NCBI GenBank assembly: GCA_041690595.1
Contig: JAWLHB010000028.1
Span: 62,001-104,562, forward strand
Direction: 5' to 3'
DNA: 42,562 bases
Source: Lentisphaeria bacterium
GTDB lineage: Bacteria; Verrucomicrobiota; Lentisphaeria; JABSQK01; JAWLHB01
Shown here piece by piece: positions 36,942 to 42,562 of the stretch (position 1 is its first letter; each line of letters begins with the position of its first letter). The translations under genes and the position numbers were made by a program. Under the pieces are notes generated by a model. That model ran no database searches. It had not been told where the DNA came from and saw only the letters and a program-made list of their open reading frames with translations.

Positions 36942-37556
36942 ATGACGGAAGAAGCAAAAAGCGGCAGTTATCTGGGCCAGGCCTGGTTGGTGATCATCCT
37001 GGCCATTCTTTACGGCGCGGCTCTGGCAGCCGTGCAGATCGGCTGGTCCGATCGCATCGAGACGAACAAGCGCAACAAGATCTATGACCGCATCCCCAAC
37101 CTGGTAGGTTCTGAAGCTATCGTGGTCGAGGAGCGGCTGGTGACGGGCAAAGACGGCAGAGAGAAGACCGTCTACCGGGTCGCGGACACTGAAGGCAGCC
37201 TGATTGCCTGGGTGCTGCGAGCGGAGGGGCAGGGTTTTGCCGACAACATCGAGCTGCTGGTCAGCGTCGATCCCCTCTTCACGACAATCAAGGGAATGTC
37301 GGTGATCAGCCAGAAGGAGACGCCTGGACTCGGGGATCACATCACCAGTCCGGAGCGTTTTACCGGCCAGTTCGCGGGCATTACCGCGCTGAAGCCGCTG
37401 ACGGTGGTGAAGGAGACAGCCAGCGCGCCGCATGAGATTCAGGCGGTGACCGGCGCCACCATTTCGTCGGAGAGTGTGACGACGATCATCAACCGCGCTA
37501 TCGACAACTTCAAACAGCCTGTGCTGCAGTCAGAGCGTGAAAGGGAGACTACCTGA
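36942..37556 (+). CDS. rnfG: Rnf/Rsx complex subunit G
   Basis: N-terminal TM, GQGFADNI, ETPGLG, AVTGATISS (FMN-Thr); GGAGA RBS; track ORF is over-extended. Confidence 0.93.
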   Translation: MTEEAKSGSYLGQAWLVIILAILYGAALAAVQIGWSDRIETNKRNKIYDRIPNLVGSEAIVVEERLVTGKDGREKTVYRVADTEGSLIAWVLRAEGQGFADNIELLVSVDPLFTTIKGMSVISQKETPGLGDHITSPERFTGQFAGITALKPLTVVKETASAPHEIQAVTGATISSESVTTIINRAIDNFKQPVLQSERERETT

Positions 37557-37557
37557 T

Positions 37558-38190
37558 ATGGCTGATAGTGGACCTACTGCCGGCGAACGCTTCATCAACG
37601 GCATCCTTCCGGAGAATCCGGTATATCGGCAATTGCTGGGCATGTGTCCGGTGTTGGCCGTCACCAATGGGCTGATGCCGGCCATGACCATGGCGGGCGC
37701 GACGACCTTCGTGCTGGTATGCGCCAACGTCATCACCAGCCTGATTCGGAACCTGCTGAAACCGCATCTGCGGATCCTGGTTTTCACGCTGACGATCGCG
37801 ACCTTCGTCACCGTTGCGGACCGATTTCTGGCGGCGTTCATGCCGGAGATGAGCGATGCGCTGGGGCCATATGTGCCGCTGATTATCGTGAACTGCATCA
37901 TCATTTCAAGGTGCGAGATCTGCTCGTCGAAGCAAGGGTTGGGAACGTCGATCGCGGACGGTTTCGGGATGGGGTTGGGCTTTACGGTGGCTTTGTTGAG
38001 CATCGCCGTGGTGCGTGAGGTGCTTGGCTCGGGCTCGGTGTTTGGCTACGAGCTGATGAGCGAGGGCATGTGGCCGCGCTGGGGCGTGATGGTGCTGCCG
38101 CCCGGGGCCTTTCTCACCTTCGGTCTGCTGCTTGGCGCCGCGGAGTGGTTCGGGATGAAACGCCGCGAACGCGCGCTGGGGGAGGCATAG
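37558..38190 (+). CDS. rnfE: Rnf/Rsx complex subunit E
   Basis: ENPVYRQLLGMCPVLAVT, PLIIVNCII, REVLGSG, LPPGAF. Confidence 0.95.
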   Translation: MADSGPTAGERFINGILPENPVYRQLLGMCPVLAVTNGLMPAMTMAGATTFVLVCANVITSLIRNLLKPHLRILVFTLTIATFVTVADRFLAAFMPEMSDALGPYVPLIIVNCIIISRCEICSSKQGLGTSIADGFGMGLGFTVALLSIAVVREVLGSGSVFGYELMSEGMWPRWGVMVLPPGAFLTFGLLLGAAEWFGMKRRERALGEA

Positions 38191-38193
38191 ACG

Positions 38194-38943
38194 ATGGAAA
38201 CCTTCAACACTCTGCTTATCATCTTCGTCAGTGCAGCCCTGATCAACAACTTCGTGCTGCACTATTTCGTGGGGATCTGCCCGTTCCTGGGTGTATCGCG
38301 GCGGATCGATACCGCCTTCGGCATGGGCTTGGCGGTCACCTTCGTGATGTCGATCGCCTCGTTCTTGAGCTGGTTCTTCACGTATTACATTCTGCGACCC
38401 GAGGCGCCGGTGCCGGCGCTGGTGGCGGGTTGGCTGGGCATGCAGGAGGGGCGAACGATCGATCTGTCGGTGCTCAGCTATATCGTCTACATCTTCGTGA
38501 TTGCCTCTTCGGTGCAATTCGTGGAGATGTACGTACGGAAGTTTTTCCCGCCGCTGTACAAGTCGTTCGGTGTTTTCTTGCCGCTGATCACGACGAACTG
38601 CGCGATCCTCTTTGCGTGTCTGGAGATTCTGAAGCATCTGCAGGATCCGACGAAGCTCTGGGGGCTTCACCATGCACTGGTCCTGGCGATCGGTGGCGGT
38701 CTTGGCTTCACGCTGGCAATTTCGCTGATGGCCGGGATTCGCGAAGAGCTGGACATCTGCGACGTACCCCGTCCCCTGCGCGGGGCGGGTGTGGCGCTGA
38801 TCGTGGCGGGGATCCTGGCGATGGCGTTCATGGGCTTCACAGGTGTCAGCAAAGGGCTTGAAGACGCCCTGAGCGGACCGCGGGCCAGTGCCGTTGCCCA
38901 GCCCGCGGATATCGATCTACTGGACATTCCCCAACCCGAATAG
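38194..38943 (+). CDS. rnfA: Rnf/Rsx complex subunit A
   Basis: [51 protein letters not shown]. Confidence 0.95.
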   Translation: METFNTLLIIFVSAALINNFVLHYFVGICPFLGVSRRIDTAFGMGLAVTFVMSIASFLSWFFTYYILRPEAPVPALVAGWLGMQEGRTIDLSVLSYIVYIFVIASSVQFVEMYVRKFFPPLYKSFGVFLPLITTNCAILFACLEILKHLQDPTKLWGLHHALVLAIGGGLGFTLAISLMAGIREELDICDVPRPLRGAGVALIVAGILAMAFMGFTGVSKGLEDALSGPRASAVAQPADIDLLDIPQPE

Positions 38944-38958
38944 GGAGGTTTTACACAT

Positions 38959-39873
38959 ATGACAACACTTGCAACTCTGGCGCTTGCCGCGGGCGTGCTC
39001 GCGGTCCTGGCGGTCGTCATGGGCTACATACTCGGATGGGCCAACCGGGCCTTTCATGTGGACGTCGATGCCCGTGTAGCGGCCATCAATGAAGCCTTGC
39101 CCGGGGCAAACTGCGGCGGCTGTGGCTTTGTCGGCTGCGGCGACTATGCCGAGGCCGTGGTGCGGGGGGAGGCGAAGGCGGATCTCTGTGCGCCGGGTGG
39201 CGCGGGCTGTGCGAAGAAGATTGCCGAAGTGCTTGGCATCGAGGTGAGCGACAGCCTGCCCTACCGTCCCGTCATCCATTGCGTCGCCAAGAAAGAGCAC
39301 AAGCTGCTGAAGATGGAGTATCATGGTGAGCAAAGCTGCACGGCCGCCAACCTGGTGGCCGGCATTCAGGGCTGCACCTATGGCTGCCTCGGCTTTGGCG
39401 ATTGCTACCGGGCCTGCAACTATGGCGCGATCAAGATGGTGGACGGCGGCCCGGAGATTATTTACGACAAGTGCGTGGGCTGCAAGGCCTGCGCCAAGGC
39501 ATGCCCGCGCAATGTCATCTCGATGGTGCCGTGGAAAGCCGATACCATGCTCGTCGTGGGCTGCTCGAATCAGGATACGGCTCTTGCCGTCAAGGAAGTC
39601 TGCGAAATCGGCTGTATCGGTTGCTCACTGTGCGCCAAGAAGAGCCCCGGACTCTTTACGATGAAGGGCAACCTGCCCGCGGTCGACTACGAGATCTACG
39701 ACCCGTCGAAACGGGATGAGGCGCCGGCACTCGAGAAGTGCCCGCGTCAGAGCCTCGTCTACGTCGGCAAGCCGCGCAAGGAAGATGTGGAAGCGGTGGC
39801 GGACGAAGTGCTTCCGGAGCAGATTCGTGCCGATTTCGAGACGACGGCCGACGAGACCGAGTGGCGCGGCTGA
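38959..39873 (+). CDS. rnfB: Rnf/Rsx complex subunit B
   Basis: N-terminal TM, LPGANCGGCGFVGC, CAPGG, CTYGCLGFGDCYRAC, CVGCKACAKACP, CIGCSLC. Confidence 0.95.
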   Translation: MTTLATLALAAGVLAVLAVVMGYILGWANRAFHVDVDARVAAINEALPGANCGGCGFVGCGDYAEAVVRGEAKADLCAPGGAGCAKKIAEVLGIEVSDSLPYRPVIHCVAKKEHKLLKMEYHGEQSCTAANLVAGIQGCTYGCLGFGDCYRACNYGAIKMVDGGPEIIYDKCVGCKACAKACPRNVISMVPWKADTMLVVGCSNQDTALAVKEVCEIGCIGCSLCAKKSPGLFTMKGNLPAVDYEIYDPSKRDEAPALEKCPRQSLVYVGKPRKEDVEAVADEVLPEQIRADFETTADETEWRG

Positions 39874-39942
39874 GTCTGGGAGTCCCCGGCCGGCCGCTCT
39901 CTCAGCGGCGACCTGCTGCTCCCGGGGAGGCTGTCGAGGTGA

Positions 39943-39982
39943 TCGAATGAATCGACTTGATCGAGAAAATCGATTCATTCGA
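39943..39982. repeat. 13-bp perfect inverted repeat between convergent genes (possible terminator or protein-binding site)
   Basis: TCGAATGAATCGA-N14-TCGATTCATTCGA. Confidence 0.6.
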
Positions 39983-40037
39983 AACCGCTGAACTCGAGGC
40001 TCCCGCCTGATGCTTGCGTTTCCGCGTCACCGCGGAT

Positions 40038-40730
40038 TCAGATCTGGAAGCGGCCGTGCTCGTGCTCCCGCAGGATCAGGGCATAGACGACGGGCAGGTA
40101 GGCCATCCGCTTGCTCAATTCCCCGATCTGCGCCTCGAACGATTTGCCGCGCTTGTAGTCCGCCACGTACTGCTTGATGGTCCGATAGTCGTCCAGCGCC
40201 TCCTTCGCAAGCGCCTTCGGCACCCCGGCGTGCTTCACCAGATTGCGAAGTATCTCCTTCTCGGAAAGCTTCGCCTCGATCATCCCGCCGATACCGCGAA
40301 AGAGCGCCACGAACGCTTGCGCCCGTTGGCCCTGCTGCCCCGACAGGTCGATGGTTGCCAGCAGCTCGTCATAGCCCAAGGTGCCGCCATCTTCGTCTTC
40401 CTCTGCCTCGCCCCCTTCCTCGTCCATTGTCTGGAACTTCCGCGCGATCTCCTGAAGCAGTGTACGCTTCACCTCATCCGGGGCACTGAAAGAATCCAAC
40501 TCCACCATGGCCTCCGCCTCGTCGATCTCCCCCTCCTGCCACATCAGCGCCTCCCGGCAGGCGGAGAGCGCAAACTGATTGCACAGCTCGGTCATCCGGA
40601 AGTCCAGCCCGAGTTGCTTCGCACGAAGCCGCGCCGTCGATTCGTTCACTTCCTGCAGGTGCACGGCCACAAAAGCCCGCAATGCCGCCTGCATGCTTTT
40701 CGACTCATATGGGATCGTCTCTTCGCTCAT
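40038..40730 (-). CDS. Hypothetical acidic alpha-helical protein
   Basis: 230-aa ORF, AAAGGA RBS, genome-typical codon usage, no recognised motif. Confidence 0.75.
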   Translation of the reverse strand: MSEETIPYESKSMQAALRAFVAVHLQEVNESTARLRAKQLGLDFRMTELCNQFALSACREALMWQEGEIDEAEAMVELDSFSAPDEVKRTLLQEIARKFQTMDEEGGEAEEDEDGGTLGYDELLATIDLSGQQGQRAQAFVALFRGIGGMIEAKLSEKEILRNLVKHAGVPKALAKEALDDYRTIKQYVADYKRGKSFEAQIGELSKRMAYLPVVYALILREHEHGRFQI

Positions 40731-40792
40731 AACGATAATCCTTTGTCCATGGTCATGTCACTACCATTCAATGCCGAGAAAGTCGCCTGCCC

Positions 40793-42238
40793 CTATTCCC
40801 CGCCTTCAGCGTCCTTCTTCTTGCGCGCCTCTTCCATCTTATATCTCAGCACCCCAGCCGCTAGCCAACTCATGTCCTTGTCAGGAAAAAGACCTTGGAT
40901 ATGATCGTAAATCAAAGGATTTCCAATGGTTATACCTATAGCCATTCCCATTTTGTCAAGATCCTTATCATCCAAGACGCCTATCAACCTGTATCTATTC
41001 GTCTCCGAAACCTGGAAATCATCAAAAAGGATATAATAATCTGGGCATATCTCCAACCAAAAATCACGATAATTAATAATTTCCTCCAGTATGTTGATCA
41101 CATCTTTGGCAGTGAACCTATATCGGCTCGAGACCGAATCGACAACGGCATCCTCCAAGGTTGCGTCGAGGCTACCTAAAGTCCAATGATACCGCTCAAC
41201 AAGCTCCCGCCACTTTCCGGCTTTGGCATACACCAGAGCCCCATTCAGCATGGCTGCGATTTCCTTCTCCTTTTCAGGCGGGACGGCCCTCGGAAATCCT
41301 TCCGGAAAGGCGCCTTCCACAGTATAGCGGAGTCGCTTGGCCTCCAAGGGGTGGATCTTGCGCGGACGGTCAGGCGCTTCCGGATCCCCGATAAAGAAAT
41401 CTGACTGTTCCTGCTGCTTCAGGCCCAGTGTGGTCCGCATCAGTTCCAGGCTGGCCAGGCAGCCGGAGAGCCGTCGCAGATCTTCGGCCCGGCTCTCAGG
41501 ATTGAGCAGGGGCTGGGACTTGTAGGAATCGAGAATCAGGTACCCTTCGCTGCCCACCTTCTCCACGAACTCACGCTGAGCCAGGTATGCCAAACGGCGT
41601 TCTTCAGGCTCACCCGCGCGGTTCGTCAGACTCTTCTTGCGCTTCAGCAGGATCCCTTCCACCTGGCTGCAATACCAATCCAGCAGCAAGGATGCCCGAT
41701 GATAGTCGTCGCCACGCTCGAAGAGCTGATAGATCTCCAGTAGGTGGTGCTCCAAGCCCAAGTGCTTGGCGGCGGCCTGATCGTAGTAGAAGTCTGTCTC
41801 CAGACGCTTCTGAGCCGCGTTCGGGCCCGCCAGCAGCTCGGCTACTTTATCGGGGGTGCCGAAGCTGATACCTTTATCGGCAAGTGCCAGCAGCTCGTGG
41901 AGCTGCATGACGAAAAGATCATAGCTGAAGCTCTCATCGCTGCCGAAGTAAGGATAAAGCCGACGCAGCTCATCCTTGCGCTGGTCGATGAAGGCAAGCG
42001 CTTTGCGCAGTGCCTCCGCATCCAGCAACTCCGGCCATTTCACCTTGGTCGGCTCGTCGCTTGCGCTCTTCACGCAGCCACGGTACGCCACGACCGCCTG
42101 CACAACCTCCTCCACGGTCCCCGCCTTCTCGACCGCCGCAAGCAACTCCGCCCCACTGCAAAGCGCACCCTCAGCCATGGCGCCAGAAGCAGATGCCACG
42201 ACCAGGCAGACGAAGAGAGCTATAGATTTCCTGCGCAT
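40793..42238 (-). CDS. Hypothetical exported protein with a low-GC C-terminal segment
   Basis: 481-aa ORF; signal peptide MRRKSIALFVCLVVASASGAMA. Confidence 0.75.
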   Translation of the reverse strand: MRRKSIALFVCLVVASASGAMAEGALCSGAELLAAVEKAGTVEEVVQAVVAYRGCVKSASDEPTKVKWPELLDAEALRKALAFIDQRKDELRRLYPYFGSDESFSYDLFVMQLHELLALADKGISFGTPDKVAELLAGPNAAQKRLETDFYYDQAAAKHLGLEHHLLEIYQLFERGDDYHRASLLLDWYCSQVEGILLKRKKSLTNRAGEPEERRLAYLAQREFVEKVGSEGYLILDSYKSQPLLNPESRAEDLRRLSGCLASLELMRTTLGLKQQEQSDFFIGDPEAPDRPRKIHPLEAKRLRYTVEGAFPEGFPRAVPPEKEKEIAAMLNGALVYAKAGKWRELVERYHWTLGSLDATLEDAVVDSVSSRYRFTAKDVINILEEIINYRDFWLEICPDYYILFDDFQVSETNRYRLIGVLDDKDLDKMGMAIGITIGNPLIYDHIQGLFPDKDMSWLAAGVLRYKMEEARKKKDAEGGE

Positions 42239-42424
42239 TTACAGACAGAGATTCGGGGCTGAGCGTGGATACCAGCGTGGGTGCATGCCGATGCAGAACA
42301 ATGAATGACACTGAGGACGATAAGGACTACTCTCAACGGCTCTCCATGTCAAGCAGAAAGCGTCAAGCTTTGGGGGGGCAGGGGGAGGGAGGTTAGCGAT
42401 GCGTTGCCTGATTGGCACCGCAGG

Positions 42425-42450
42425 GCCACTCTGGCGAGTGGCGTGCGCAG
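42425..42450 (-). repeat. REP-like palindromic dispersed repeat, copy 2
   Basis: Reverse complement ctgcgcac-GCCACTC-gcca-GAGTGGC matches 3645-3670 at 24/26. Confidence 0.7.
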
Positions 42451-42562
42451 AATGGGGGAGGCTCAGTCGCGGTTCGGAGAACCCCTCCCAACTATGTATG
42501 CCTTCAAGTGTTCATGGCTAAAAGATCTCCAGATTTTTTGTGAATGGCTGCGACGAGTGCGT

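Noticed and set aside
1..42562. CRISPR arrays, tRNA/rRNA genes, IS elements
   Set aside because: No regularly spaced repeats, RNA gene signatures or transposase ORFs were seen by eye.

Overview
GC-rich (~60%) bacterial chromosomal window; gene content (four FTLIE/DUF1559-type prepilin-like genes, multidomain Ser/Thr kinases, nusA-infB without rimP) suggests a PVC-superphylum organism, probably Lentisphaerota-like (inference). In order: a window-truncated double-kinase/TM/FGE-sulfatase protein that the ORF track misses; a divergent GntR-LacI regulator locus with two prepilin-like genes and a ~1200-aa exported lyase-like protein; DUF58/VWA genes; nusA-infB with a rimP-leader-like attenuator; Sel1 protein; larB; a kinase-cNMP-CRP-like fusion; two tandem near-identical pilin-like genes, each with its own promoter and terminator; a GT-C glycosyltransferase, two O-antigen-ligase/O-OTase-like TPR proteins and xerD; a Fur/Irr-like regulator; an amidohydrolase pair; rseC-rnfCDGEAB; two hypothetical genes. 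The best candidate for an undescribed system is 20210-31760, a putative pilin-glycosylation locus built on DUF1559-type pilins that differ in one variable loop. All calls come from reading motifs by eye; no searches were run.
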